Below are positions 18,246 to 28,055 of a DNA stretch of 64,000 nt, in pieces. The notes beneath the pieces were generated by a model. It saw only the letters and a list, made by a program, of their open reading frames with translations. It had not been told where the DNA came from and searched no databases. Every line of letters starts with the position of its first letter. Positions within the stretch are counted from its first letter, which is position 1. A program made the translations under genes and the position numbers. The stretch lies in contig OZ251997.1 of assembly GCA_965247095.1 (NCBI GenBank), positions 1,056,001-1,120,000 of the forward strand, in the 5' to 3' direction. Origin of the DNA: Candidatus Multivorans sp. (GTDB taxonomy: Bacteria; Acidobacteriota; Thermoanaerobaculia; Multivoradales; Multivoraceae).

Positions 18246-21200
18246 ATGCGGGTTGTTTCCTTCGCCACCCGGCGGCCGGTCACGGTGTTCATCTTCGCGC
18301 TTGCCGCGGTGGTGTTCGGCGTTGTGGCCTTTCGCGAACTCGCGGTCGACCTGCTGCCCGATATCACCTACCCGTCGCTCACGGTGCAGACCGAGTACGA
18401 GGGGGCGGCGCCGGTCGAGATGGAGACGCTGATCACCCGGCCGGTCGAAGACGCGGTCGGGGTCGTCAACGGGGTCAATCGGGTCATCTCGAGTTCGCGC
18501 GCGGACACCAGTGAAGTCACCCTTGAGTTCTCCTGGGGCACGAACATGGACTTCGCCTCGCTCGATGTGCGCGAACGTCTGGATCAGGTGCGGTTGCCGA
18601 CCGAGGCCGAGCGGCCGGTGCTGCTGCGCTACGACCCCTCGCTCGACCCGATCCTGCGCATGGGTCTGACCGGGGGCGGCGGAGATCTGATCGCACTGCG
18701 GCTCCTCGCCGAGGAGGACCTGAAGCGGAAGATCGAGCGCCTGGAGGGCGTCGCCGCGGTGGTCGTGAGCGGCGGTCTGGAAGAGGAGATTCAGGTCGAG
18801 ATCGACGAACGCCGCCTGACCAGTCTCGGGTTGACGATGAACCAGGTGACCAACCGCCTGGCGCAGGAGAACGTGAACCTGACCGGCGGGCGGTTGCGCG
18901 ACGGCCAGACCGAGTACACGGTGCGAACGATCAACGAGCTGCTGCGCCCGGAACAGATGCGGGAGATCGTGATCGACCGGTCCCAGGGCGCCATCGTCCG
19001 CCTGGAGGACATCGCCCTCGTCTACCAGGGCGCCCGGGAACGGGAGGTGATCACCCGCATTGACGGCCGCGAGAGCGTCGAGATCGCGGTCTACAAGGAG
19101 GGCGGCACGAACACGGTGACCGTCGCTTCCGCGGTTCTCGACAGGGTGGAGGAGCTGGAGCGGGATCTCAAGCAGATCGGCCCCCAGCTCAAGCTGAGCG
19201 TTCTCGCCGACCAGTCGCGCTACATCCGCGAGTCCGTGTCGGCGGTGATCGAGACGGCTCTCATCGGCGGCTCACTTGCGATCGTCGTTCTCTTCCTCTT
19301 CCTGCGCAGCGCGCCGAAGACGCTGATCATCGGTATCTCGATCCCGGTCTCGGTAGTGGCGACCTTCTTCTTGATGTACGTCTCCGGCGTGTCGCTCAAC
19401 ATCATGTCGCTGGGCGGCATCACGCTTGGCATCGGTCTGCTGCTGGACAACTCGATTGTTGTGCTGGAGGCGATCCAGCGCCGGCGCGATCAGGGAGTAG
19501 GTGTCGTCGAAGCCGCCCGCGACGGCGCCTCGGAAGTCGGCCGGGCGGTGATCGCGAGCACCATCACCACGGTCTGCGTGTTCGTGCCGATCGTCTTCGT
19601 CGAAGGTGTAGCCGGGCAGATGTTCGGGGATCAGGCATTGACCGTCACGTTCTCGCTGCTCGTGTCGTTGGGGGTTGCCCTGACCGTGATCCCCATGCTC
19701 GCTTCGCGCAAGTTCTTCAGCGACTCGGACAAGCTGGAAACGGTCGAGAGCGTTGGGCGTTCCAACGTGGTCGTGCGCGGCCTTTCCGCCTTCTTTGGCG
19801 CCGTGGGTCTTGGGATCGCCGTGGGGGTCAGGTACGGGTTCCGCGGGGTCTCCACGGTGCTGTCCTGGTTGCTGCGGCCGGTCCTCGGCGGCTTCGATGC
19901 CCTGCTCAGGGCTGTGACGGCTGTCTATGCGGGCATTCTGGATCGGGCGCTGCGCTATCCCGCAGTGGTCGTTCTGGTGGCGGTCGCCCTCCTTGCAGGC
20001 AGCGTCCCGCTGGTCGGCAATCTGGGCAGCGAGCTGGTGCCCGAGTTGATCCAGGGCGAGTTCTACGTCGACGCCGAATTGGCGCCCGGCAGCCGTCTGG
20101 AAGTGACGGATCGCCGGCTGGGAAAGGTGGACGAGTTCGTGCGCGAGATCCCGGGTGTCGAGTCGGTCTACACCGTCGTCGGTACCTCGAACGAGCAGGG
20201 CGGCGCCGCCGGTGAGAAGCGCGAGAACATCGGCCAGGTGAACGTTCGCATGGAACCGCCGATCGACCCCGAGCGGGAAGAGGCGGTGATGAGCCGGATC
20301 AGGGATCTGATCGAGACCCAGAATGCGTCGTTCGCCTCTGGTACCGCTCCGGTCGCGGGCGCCGGGCCGCCGACAGCGGATAACAGCCTCAAGTACCGGT
20401 TCGGAAGGCCGACGTACTTCAGTTTCCGGAGTCCGGTGGAGGTTCAGATTCGCGGCCACAACCTGGCCTTGCTGGAGGTCCTTGCCGATCAGGTGGTGTC
20501 GCGGATGCGCGAGGTCGAGGGGCTGGTCGACGTCAAGTCGTCGACCGAAGGCGGCAACCCGGAGTTGCAGATCGTCTTCGACCGGGAGCGCCTGGCGGCC
20601 TTGAACTACACCGTCGCCCAGCTCGGCGGCGTGATTCGCTCGAAGGTGCAGGGCGACATCGCCACGGACATCGTCCGGGAGGACCGGAACATCGAGGTCC
20701 GGTTACGCACCGCCGAGAGTTTCCGTGACTCCGTCCGCGATTTGCGGAACCTGAACATCCGGCAGAGCGGCACCACGCCGTTGCCCCTGTCCGCCGTTGC
20801 CGAGGTGATCGAGACCGAGGGGCCGGCTGAGATCCGGCGCAGCGACGGGGGCCGCGTGGCGCTGATCGAGGCGAACATCGTCGGCCGCGATCTCGGCAGC
20901 GTCTCCGACGACATCCAGCAGATCCTCGACTCCACGCGGTTCCCGGCCGGTTTCGACTACTGGGTCGGCGGCCAGCGCCAGGAGATGGAGCGATCCTTCG
21001 ACAGCATGCGACTGGCGATCCTGCTGGCGGTGTTCATGGTCTACCTGGTCATGGCGTCGCAGTTCGAGTCTCTGCTGCACCCGTTCGTCATCCTCTTCGC
21101 GGTGCCGTTCTCCGTCATCGGCGCGATCGGCATCCTGTACCTGACGCGGACGCCGGTCAGCATCGTCGTCCTGATCGGCGGCATCCTGCTGGCCGGAATC

Positions 21201-21488
21201 GTGGTGAACAACGCGATTATTCTGGTCGACTACACGAACCGGTTGCGGCGCGAGGGAAGGGCGAAGGTGGAGGCCCTGCGAGAAGCCTGCCTGGTGCGGC
21301 TGCGGCCGATCCTGATGACCTCGTCGACGACCGTGCTCGGCCTTCTGCCGATGGCACTGGGGTTGGGCGAGGGCGCCGAGCTGCGGACGCCGATGGCGCT
21401 GACGGTGGTCGGCGGGCTCATGACCTCGACCCTGCTCACGTTGCTCGTCATTCCGTCCCTCTACACGCTCCTCGACCGGCGAGCGTAG
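18246..21488 (+). CDS. RND efflux transporter permease (second paralogue)
   Basis: VDLLPDITYP, GLLLDNSIVVLE, RLRPILMT. Confidence 0.95.
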   Translation: MRVVSFATRRPVTVFIFALAAVVFGVVAFRELAVDLLPDITYPSLTVQTEYEGAAPVEMETLITRPVEDAVGVVNGVNRVISSSRADTSEVTLEFSWGTNMDFASLDVRERLDQVRLPTEAERPVLLRYDPSLDPILRMGLTGGGGDLIALRLLAEEDLKRKIERLEGVAAVVVSGGLEEEIQVEIDERRLTSLGLTMNQVTNRLAQENVNLTGGRLRDGQTEYTVRTINELLRPEQMREIVIDRSQGAIVRLEDIALVYQGAREREVITRIDGRESVEIAVYKEGGTNTVTVASAVLDRVEELERDLKQIGPQLKLSVLADQSRYIRESVSAVIETALIGGSLAIVVLFLFLRSAPKTLIIGISIPVSVVATFFLMYVSGVSLNIMSLGGITLGIGLLLDNSIVVLEAIQRRRDQGVGVVEAARDGASEVGRAVIASTITTVCVFVPIVFVEGVAGQMFGDQALTVTFSLLVSLGVALTVIPMLASRKFFSDSDKLETVESVGRSNVVVRGLSAFFGAVGLGIAVGVRYGFRGVSTVLSWLLRPVLGGFDALLRAVTAVYAGILDRALRYPAVVVLVAVALLAGSVPLVGNLGSELVPELIQGEFYVDAELAPGSRLEVTDRRLGKVDEFVREIPGVESVYTVVGTSNEQGGAAGEKRENIGQVNVRMEPPIDPEREEAVMSRIRDLIETQNASFASGTAPVAGAGPPTADNSLKYRFGRPTYFSFRSPVEVQIRGHNLALLEVLADQVVSRMREVEGLVDVKSSTEGGNPELQIVFDRERLAALNYTVAQLGGVIRSKVQGDIATDIVREDRNIEVRLRTAESFRDSVRDLRNLNIRQSGTTPLPLSAVAEVIETEGPAEIRRSDGGRVALIEANIVGRDLGSVSDDIQQILDSTRFPAGFDYWVGGQRQEMERSFDSMRLAILLAVFMVYLVMASQFESLLHPFVILFAVPFSVIGAIGILYLTRTPVSIVVLIGGILLAGIVVNNAIILVDYTNRLRREGRAKVEALREACLVRLRPILMTSSTTVLGLLPMALGLGEGAELRTPMALTVVGGLMTSTLLTLLVIPSLYTLLDRRA

Positions 21489-21492
21489 GGAG

Positions 21493-23796
21493 CTACGGAG
21501 GGAAGGCCGCCTCCAGCTCCTCGACGGTCCAGACCTCCCGGCGCCCTTCGGTTTGCCGGCGGACGCCGGTCACCAATTCGGAGGAGACCGGAGATGCTGT
21601 GTTGCCCCAGCTTCGCCGCACATAGGTCAGTAACGCCGCGATCGCCGGATCGGGGAGCCGGGGATCGACGGCGAAGCCGGGCATCATGTCGTCCCAGGTC
21701 TGGCCGTGGACTTCGATCGGGCCTTCCATGCCGTGGAGGACGAGGGCGGTGAGGCGTTCGGGCGAACCCAGGACCCAGAGGGAATCGACCAGGCTCGGGG
21801 CCAGGCCGTCCTGGCCGCGGCCGTCGTCGTTGTGGCAGGAGCGGCAGGCGCGGTAGTGGCGCCGGCCGTTGGTGAACTGAGCCGCTTCGGCGGCGGTCAG
21901 GGCGGGCGCGGCGGCCGGCGCCTCCGGCGCCTCGCCGGCGCTGGCGCCGTCCAGGTTCGCGGCGAGCGCGACCTGGCTGTGAAAGGGATCGTCGGGCCGC
22001 GCGGCCAGCCGCTCGGCCAGAGTGGCTCTCGCCCATGACACTTCGCGGGCTGCGGCGCCGAGAGTCAGCAGCGCCTGGGTACGAACCGGGGGCGACGACG
22101 AGTCGAGCAGTTCGGCGATCGCGGCCTGACCGGCGCCGCTTCTTGTGAGCGTTTCCTCGCCCGCGCGCAGGCCGTGGACGACGAGCCAGGGGTCGCGGTC
22201 CCGGATCGCCGCTTGCGCCGTCGCCGCGTCGAGCGCGCCGTGGCCGCTGAGTGTCCACAGCGCGTGGATGCGCGCCAGGGAGTTGTCGCCGGAGCGGGCG
22301 AGTTCCCGCAGTGCGTCACGGGTCGCGTCGTCGAGTTGGCGCTCGACCAGCAGGCGCTGCGCATTGTCGCGGTACCAGCCGTTCGGGTGGGACAGGGCGG
22401 CGATTCGGTCGGCGGCGGCCTCGAGGTTCGGCGGGTCCCGGCGGATTGGTGCGGGCTCTTCGCCTCCGCCCTCCCAGACCACGCGATAGATGCGGCCCAT
22501 GCCGATCGGGCGATCCAGCCCGTGTTCGAGGATGTACTCGCGCAGGTAGGTGGTCACGTACCTCACGTGCTGCAGGATGCCGCGGTACATGTCGATCACG
22601 TACAGCGCGCCATCGGGCCCGACCTTCGCGTCCACGGGCCGGAAGCGCTCGTCGGTCGAGGCGAGGAACTCTCGCTCCACCCAGTCGGGATCGCCGTAGA
22701 GCCGGTGCTCGGCGACCAGGGTCGGGACGCCGTTTTCGACCGGGCCGGGCGCGAGGTCGAAGTGAGCCACGACGTTGCCGGCCGGCTCCGGCACGAAGAC
22801 GTCGCCGCGCCAGGTCGCCGGGAACTGATCGCCCCGGTACACGGTCAGGCCGCTGACCGAGGTGGTCACCGCGAGCCGGCCGTCCTCGCGCAGCATGTTG
22901 TTCACGTAGCCGCGGTTGATGCCGGGGTTGACCCGGATCGAATAGACGCTCTCGTCCAGCACCAACCGTTCGCTGGCGCCGTGCCCGCCGCCCCGGGGCT
23001 GGTGCGCGGGATCGAGCAGGGCGTAGTCGGCCGGGATCAGATCCACGAACAGATAGCGCGAGTTGGTGTTGTAGTAGAGGCGGCCGTAGTCGTCCTGAGC
23101 GATGCCCCACTGGCCGCGGAAAAGGGTCGGATCGACCTCGACGGAGACGCCGCCGGAACCCCGCCGAAGCCGGAACCTGCGATCGGACTTCGCGTTGTAG
23201 ATCCAGTTGTCGAGCGCCCACAGCAGACCGTTCTCGGTGTGCTCGAGCAGATCGGGATCGGCGTCCCCGTAGTCGAGCACGCGCTCGCGGCTCGCGCAGC
23301 GGGGCAGCCTGCCCGCCTCCGCCTCGCTCTTGCACAGCCAGAGGTTGGGCGGTTCGCCGACCAGGATGCCGCCGGAGACGGCCGCGATCGCGCGCGGGTT
23401 GACCAGGCCCTCCAGGTAGATCCCGCTGCGGTCCATCGCGCCGTCATGGTCGGTGTCCTCGAGCACGACGACCCGGCCGACCGGCGCCTGTTCGCCCTCG
23501 CCGTCGACGGTCGGCATGAAGCCGCGCATCTCGACCACGTAGAGCAGGCCCCGTTCGTCCCAGGCGATCGCCACCGGATCCTCGACCAGGGGCTCGGCAG
23601 CAACCAGTTCGACCCGGAAGCCGGGGGCTGCACGGAGCGTCGCCATCGCTTCGGGCGGCGCCAGCGGCGGTGCCTCCGGCACCTCGAACCGGCGCCACAC
23701 CTGGTCCATGACGTGGCCCTCGCGGTCGCCGCGCTGGGCCGCACCCGGCGACGCCGTCAGGACCAGCAGGACCAACAAGAGCGCTCGCCAGTTCAT
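21493..23796 (-). CDS. PVC-type membrane-bound dehydrogenase-like beta-propeller + HEAT repeats + cytochrome c
   Basis: GFRVELVAAEPLVEDPVAIAWD, STDERFRPVD, GPDGALYVIDMYRG, C-terminal CRSCH with distal Met. Confidence 0.85.
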   Translation of the reverse strand: MNWRALLLVLLVLTASPGAAQRGDREGHVMDQVWRRFEVPEAPPLAPPEAMATLRAAPGFRVELVAAEPLVEDPVAIAWDERGLLYVVEMRGFMPTVDGEGEQAPVGRVVVLEDTDHDGAMDRSGIYLEGLVNPRAIAAVSGGILVGEPPNLWLCKSEAEAGRLPRCASRERVLDYGDADPDLLEHTENGLLWALDNWIYNAKSDRRFRLRRGSGGVSVEVDPTLFRGQWGIAQDDYGRLYYNTNSRYLFVDLIPADYALLDPAHQPRGGGHGASERLVLDESVYSIRVNPGINRGYVNNMLREDGRLAVTTSVSGLTVYRGDQFPATWRGDVFVPEPAGNVVAHFDLAPGPVENGVPTLVAEHRLYGDPDWVEREFLASTDERFRPVDAKVGPDGALYVIDMYRGILQHVRYVTTYLREYILEHGLDRPIGMGRIYRVVWEGGGEEPAPIRRDPPNLEAAADRIAALSHPNGWYRDNAQRLLVERQLDDATRDALRELARSGDNSLARIHALWTLSGHGALDAATAQAAIRDRDPWLVVHGLRAGEETLTRSGAGQAAIAELLDSSSPPVRTQALLTLGAAAREVSWARATLAERLAARPDDPFHSQVALAANLDGASAGEAPEAPAAAPALTAAEAAQFTNGRRHYRACRSCHNDDGRGQDGLAPSLVDSLWVLGSPERLTALVLHGMEGPIEVHGQTWDDMMPGFAVDPRLPDPAIAALLTYVRRSWGNTASPVSSELVTGVRRQTEGRREVWTVEELEAAFPP

Positions 23797-23819
23797 CGCG
23801 GTGGAGTAGCCTAGCCCAG

Positions 23820-25241
23820 ATGCCGGAGGCTCTATCTGCTGCCGAGCGGGCCGACCTGCAGGTCGGTCTGCGCATGGCCCATCCCCCTGATCCGGCGGCC
23901 CTTGGGGCGGAACGGCAGCGCCTGTCCGATCTCGAGGCAGGGCCCCGGACGACCCGCTGGCGCGCCTTTGCCGGGCTGATCGGCCCCGGCTACATGCAGA
24001 GCGCGATGACGCTCGGCAGCGGCACCGCGGCTTCCGCCCTGTTCGCGGGTGCGGTGTTCGGCTACGAACTCCTCTGGGTCGCGCCCCTGGCCATGCTTCT
24101 GGGCATGGTCATGCTCTCCGCGGTGGCCCACCAGACGCTGTCCACGGGGCTGCGGCCGTTCGACGCCATGCGGCGGTTTGCCGGGGCGCCGCTGGCCTGG
24201 AGCTGGGCCCTCGGGGCCCTGATCGCATCGATCGTCTGGCACTTCCCGCAGTACGCGCTGGCGTCCGCCGTGCTGGTCGACCTCGGTGAGGCCGCGGGTG
24301 TCGAGGGATTGCCGGCGCCGCTTCTGGGTTTCCTGGTCCTGTTCTGGGCGATCCTCGTCTCGTCGCTCTACGGTCGCCGGCCGGAACTCATCCGCGTCTA
24401 CGAGCGGCTGCTGCGGTACATGGTGTGGGGAATCGTCCTCTGCTTCGGGTGGGTCGTCGCGCGGACCGGTATTGCGGACTGGGGAGCTCTCTTCCGCGGC
24501 TTCGTGGGCTTCGCGGTGCCCGGCGAGCGCAACGGCGTGCTCGGCGTCACGGTGATCCTGAGCGGGCTGTCGGCGGCGGTCGGAATCAACATGGTGTTCC
24601 TGTATCCGTACTCGCTGCTGGCCCGCGGCTGGTCGCGGGAACACCGCTCGCTGGCGAGGTTCGACCTCTGGACCGGCACCTTCATCCCCTATGTGCTCGC
24701 GGCGAGTCTGATGGTCATCGCGGCGGCGAACACGATCCACCTCGATCCCGCCTACGAGGGCGTGCGGTTGGGCCCGGTGGAGGCGGCGAAGTCGCTGGCG
24801 GCGGTGGCCGGCCCGGCGGCGGGCCGCGTCGTGTTCGACCTCGGCGTGCTGGGGATGGCGCTGTCCACGATCACCCTTCACATGCTGGCGACCGGTTTTG
24901 TCGCGTGCGAGCTCTTCGGTTGGCGGTTCGGCGGCCGCAAGCATCGGCTGGCGATGCTGCTGCCCGCACCCGGGGTCCTCGGACCCGTGTTCTGGGGCGA
25001 CATCGCGGTGTGGCTGGCGGTGCCGACGAACATCGTCTGCGGGCTGTTCCTGCCCGCCGCCTACATCGGCTTCGTCATTCTGCAGCGAAAGCGGGGCTAC
25101 CTGGGCGCGGACCGCGCGGACGGCGTCCGCGGTTGGCTCTGGTGGGGCGCGATGGTCGCAGTGACGGCCTTCCTGACCGGCTTCATGGCCTGGTACGTCT
25201 GGACTCAGGGCGCGGGCTACCTGGGACGTCTGGCGGGCTGA
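23820..25241 (+). CDS. NRAMP/APC-like membrane transporter
   Basis: GPGYMQSAMTLGSG, GAVFGYELLW, ~11 TM segments. Confidence 0.75.
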   Translation: MPEALSAAERADLQVGLRMAHPPDPAALGAERQRLSDLEAGPRTTRWRAFAGLIGPGYMQSAMTLGSGTAASALFAGAVFGYELLWVAPLAMLLGMVMLSAVAHQTLSTGLRPFDAMRRFAGAPLAWSWALGALIASIVWHFPQYALASAVLVDLGEAAGVEGLPAPLLGFLVLFWAILVSSLYGRRPELIRVYERLLRYMVWGIVLCFGWVVARTGIADWGALFRGFVGFAVPGERNGVLGVTVILSGLSAAVGINMVFLYPYSLLARGWSREHRSLARFDLWTGTFIPYVLAASLMVIAAANTIHLDPAYEGVRLGPVEAAKSLAAVAGPAAGRVVFDLGVLGMALSTITLHMLATGFVACELFGWRFGGRKHRLAMLLPAPGVLGPVFWGDIAVWLAVPTNIVCGLFLPAAYIGFVILQRKRGYLGADRADGVRGWLWWGAMVAVTAFLTGFMAWYVWTQGAGYLGRLAG

Positions 25242-25255
25242 GGCCCCCTTTCTCG

Positions 25256-25990
25256 ATGCTCCAACTCCGATCGGTCGGCATGCTGTTCGGCGCCGTCGAG
25301 GCGCTTCAGGCCGTCGACCTGGAACTCGTCCCCGGCGAAGTCGTCGGGCTGATGGGCGACAACGGGGCCGGCAAGTCGACCCTGCTCAAGATCGTCGCCG
25401 GCAACTTCGCGCCGACGTCGGGTGAGATCCACTGGGACGGCGGGCCGGTCGAGCTGTCTCCGCTGTCGGCGCGGGAGCACGGGATCGAGGCCGTGTACCA
25501 GGACCTCGCCCTGTGCGACAACCTCTCGGCGGCAGCGAACGTGTTCCTGGGCCGCGAGCTGAGCCGCAGGGTGTTCGGGATTCTGCCGGTGCTCGACCAC
25601 GCCGGGATGCGGCGGAGGTCGGCGAAGCTGTTCGAGCAACTCGGTTCCGACACGCGACCGGACGACCTCGTGCGGAGGATGTCGGGCGGGCAGCGGCAGG
25701 CCATAGCACTCGCCCGGGCGCGCCTCAGTTCACCACGACTCATGCTGCTCGACGAACCGACCGCGGCCATCAGCGTGCGCCAGATCGCCGAGGTGCTGGA
25801 GTTGATCCGTAGCTTGCGCGACCAGGGCGTCTCCGTGCTGCTGATCTCCCACCGGATGTCGGACGTGTTCGCGGTGGCGGACCGCGTCGTCGTGCTCAGG
25901 CGGGGGCGGAAGGTGGCCGACAAGGCGAGCGGGGATTCGTCGCCCGAGGAGGTCACCGCGCTGATCACCGGCGCGATCGAAGGCGCGTGA
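25256..25990 (+). CDS. Sugar ABC transporter ATP-binding protein
   Basis: GDNGAGKST, MSGGQRQ, MLLDEPT, ISH. Confidence 0.93.
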   Translation: MLQLRSVGMLFGAVEALQAVDLELVPGEVVGLMGDNGAGKSTLLKIVAGNFAPTSGEIHWDGGPVELSPLSAREHGIEAVYQDLALCDNLSAAANVFLGRELSRRVFGILPVLDHAGMRRRSAKLFEQLGSDTRPDDLVRRMSGGQRQAIALARARLSSPRLMLLDEPTAAISVRQIAEVLELIRSLRDQGVSVLLISHRMSDVFAVADRVVVLRRGRKVADKASGDSSPEEVTALITGAIEGA

Positions 25991-26943
25991 AGAGGTTCCT
26001 CCGTTCGCAGCCCCAGTCGCTCTGGGTGATGCTGACGGTCGCCGGTCTGGCCGGCGCGATGAGCCTGGTCTCGGCGCCGTTCGCGAGCGGCGACAACATC
26101 TTCAACATCAGCCGCAACTTCGCCTTCATCGGGCTGATCGCCCTCGGCCAGACCGCGGTGATCGCGACCGGTGGGATCGATCTTTCGGTCGGCTCCGTCA
26201 TGGGCCTCGCAGGAATAGTGACGGGGCTCGTTCTGGCGTCGGGCCAACCGCTGTTCCTCGCCGCCGCCGCGGGACTTGCGTGTGCGCTCGCGTGCGGGTT
26301 GGTGAACGGTGTGCTGGTCGGCTACCTGCGCCTCTCGCCCTTCGTGGTCACCCTGGGCATGCTCAGCATCGCCCGCTCGCTCGCTCTGGTCATCTCGAAC
26401 AACAAGATGATCCACGATTTCGGCCCCGACGAGGGTCTGCTGCTATCGCTCGGCGGCGGGCGCACCCTGGGGCTCGCGAACCCGGTCTGGCTGCTCCTTG
26501 CGGCGGCACTCTCCGCCGCGGCCTGGTTTCGCTACAGCCGTCTGGCGCGTCACGTGCTGGCGGTCGGCGGCGACGAAGTCTCGGCCCGGCTGGCGGGAGT
26601 GTCGGTGGCCCGGGTCAAGCTCACGGTCTACGTTCTGAGCTCCCTGCTCGCGGGGGTGTCGGCGATCCTGATGATCGGCTGGCTGGGGGCGGTGACGAAC
26701 GCGCTTGGCCAAGGCTACGAACTGCGCGTCATCGCTTCGGCGGTGATCGGCGGCGCCAACCTGATGGGCGGGGAAGGCGGCGCCTTCGGCGCGGTGGCCG
26801 GCGCGGCGCTGATCGAGTTGATCCGCAACAGCCTGCTCCTGCTCGGTGTCGATCCATACTGGCAGGGGGCCTTCGTCGGCGGCTCGATCATCGTCGCTAT
26901 GCTGGTCGAACGAGTGAGACGGGCCGGTCCGGCCGGCGGTTGA
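25987..26943 (+). CDS. Sugar ABC transporter permease (RbsC-like)
   Basis: GGIDLSVGS, PFVVTLG, YELRVIASAVIGG. Confidence 0.93.
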   Translation: MKRFLRSQPQSLWVMLTVAGLAGAMSLVSAPFASGDNIFNISRNFAFIGLIALGQTAVIATGGIDLSVGSVMGLAGIVTGLVLASGQPLFLAAAAGLACALACGLVNGVLVGYLRLSPFVVTLGMLSIARSLALVISNNKMIHDFGPDEGLLLSLGGGRTLGLANPVWLLLAAALSAAAWFRYSRLARHVLAVGGDEVSARLAGVSVARVKLTVYVLSSLLAGVSAILMIGWLGAVTNALGQGYELRVIASAVIGGANLMGGEGGAFGAVAGAALIELIRNSLLLLGVDPYWQGAFVGGSIIVAMLVERVRRAGPAGG

Positions 26944-26986
26944 ACATTGACCCTGGAGTTGCCGGCGGTCGGGAGTTCTGGCTGGA

Positions 26987-28048
26987 ATGGAGTTGCAAGT
27001 GAGTTCGAGGATGAGATCTGAAGGTGAGCGGCACGCAGGCCAGGCATGTCTCCCGACCGTTCTGTGTCTGGCCCTGGCGTTCTCGGTCGGGGGCTGTGCT
27101 CAGGAGGACACCGGCTACACCTTCGCCCTGGTGCCGAAGGCCATGAACAATCCGTTCTTCGACTACGCCCGCGACGGCTGCATGCAGGCTGCCGCGGATC
27201 TCGAGGATGTCGAATGCCTCTACATCGGCCCCAGCGAGCACACGGAGGCGGACCAGATCCAGGTCGTCGAGGACCTGATCACCCGCCGCGTGGACGGCCT
27301 GGCGGTGTCGCCGTCGAACGCGAGCGCGATGGCGCGGGCGCTCGTGCGGGCAAAGGAGGTCGGCATCCCCGTGATCACCTGGGATTCCGACCTGCTGGCC
27401 GAGGATTCCGGCTTGCGCACGACGTACGTGGGTACGGAGAACCGCGCGATGGGGGTGGAGCAGGCGAAGCTGCTGCAGGGATTGAAACCGGACGGGGGCG
27501 CCATCTGCATCCAGTCGGGCGGCGCCGCGGCGATGAATCACAACGAGCGGATGCAGGGACTCCGGGACACTCTGGCCGGCGTCGAGTCGAGCGAGCCGCC
27601 GGGGGATCGCCTCGAAGGCCGGAACGGTTGGACCGAGGCGGCGGCCTGTCCCCTCTACACCAACGACGACTTTCCGCTCGCCGTTCAGCAGATGGCCGAC
27701 GTGCTGGCCTCCCAGCCGGACCTGGACGTCTTCTCGATCACGGGCGGATTCCCGCAGTTCGTCGACCAGGCGTACCGGCAGGCCGTGGCGCCGTACCGGG
27801 ATCGGATCGACTCGCGTGATCTCGTGATCATCGGCGCCGACGTCCTGCCGATGCAACTGGACCTGCTGGCCGAGGGACTGAGTCACGGCCAGGTGGGGCA
27901 GCGCCCCTACGCGATGGGCTACCGGTCGATGGAGGTCCTGCTGGAGCTCGTGGGCGGCGGCACGGTCGAGGATCCGATCCACACCGGTCTCGATGTGCTG
28001 ATCAGCGCCGAGGATGTCGAGGCGTTCCGGGCAGGGCGGGGCGAGTGA
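26987..28048 (+). CDS. Sugar ABC transporter substrate-binding lipoprotein (start uncertain)
   Basis: Lipobox VGGC; VPKAMNNPFF, GIPVITWDSD, GQRPYAMG. Confidence 0.9.
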   Translation: MELQVSSRMRSEGERHAGQACLPTVLCLALAFSVGGCAQEDTGYTFALVPKAMNNPFFDYARDGCMQAAADLEDVECLYIGPSEHTEADQIQVVEDLITRRVDGLAVSPSNASAMARALVRAKEVGIPVITWDSDLLAEDSGLRTTYVGTENRAMGVEQAKLLQGLKPDGGAICIQSGGAAAMNHNERMQGLRDTLAGVESSEPPGDRLEGRNGWTEAAACPLYTNDDFPLAVQQMADVLASQPDLDVFSITGGFPQFVDQAYRQAVAPYRDRIDSRDLVIIGADVLPMQLDLLAEGLSHGQVGQRPYAMGYRSMEVLLELVGGGTVEDPIHTGLDVLISAEDVEAFRAGRGE

Positions 28049-28055
28049 CGCGGGC

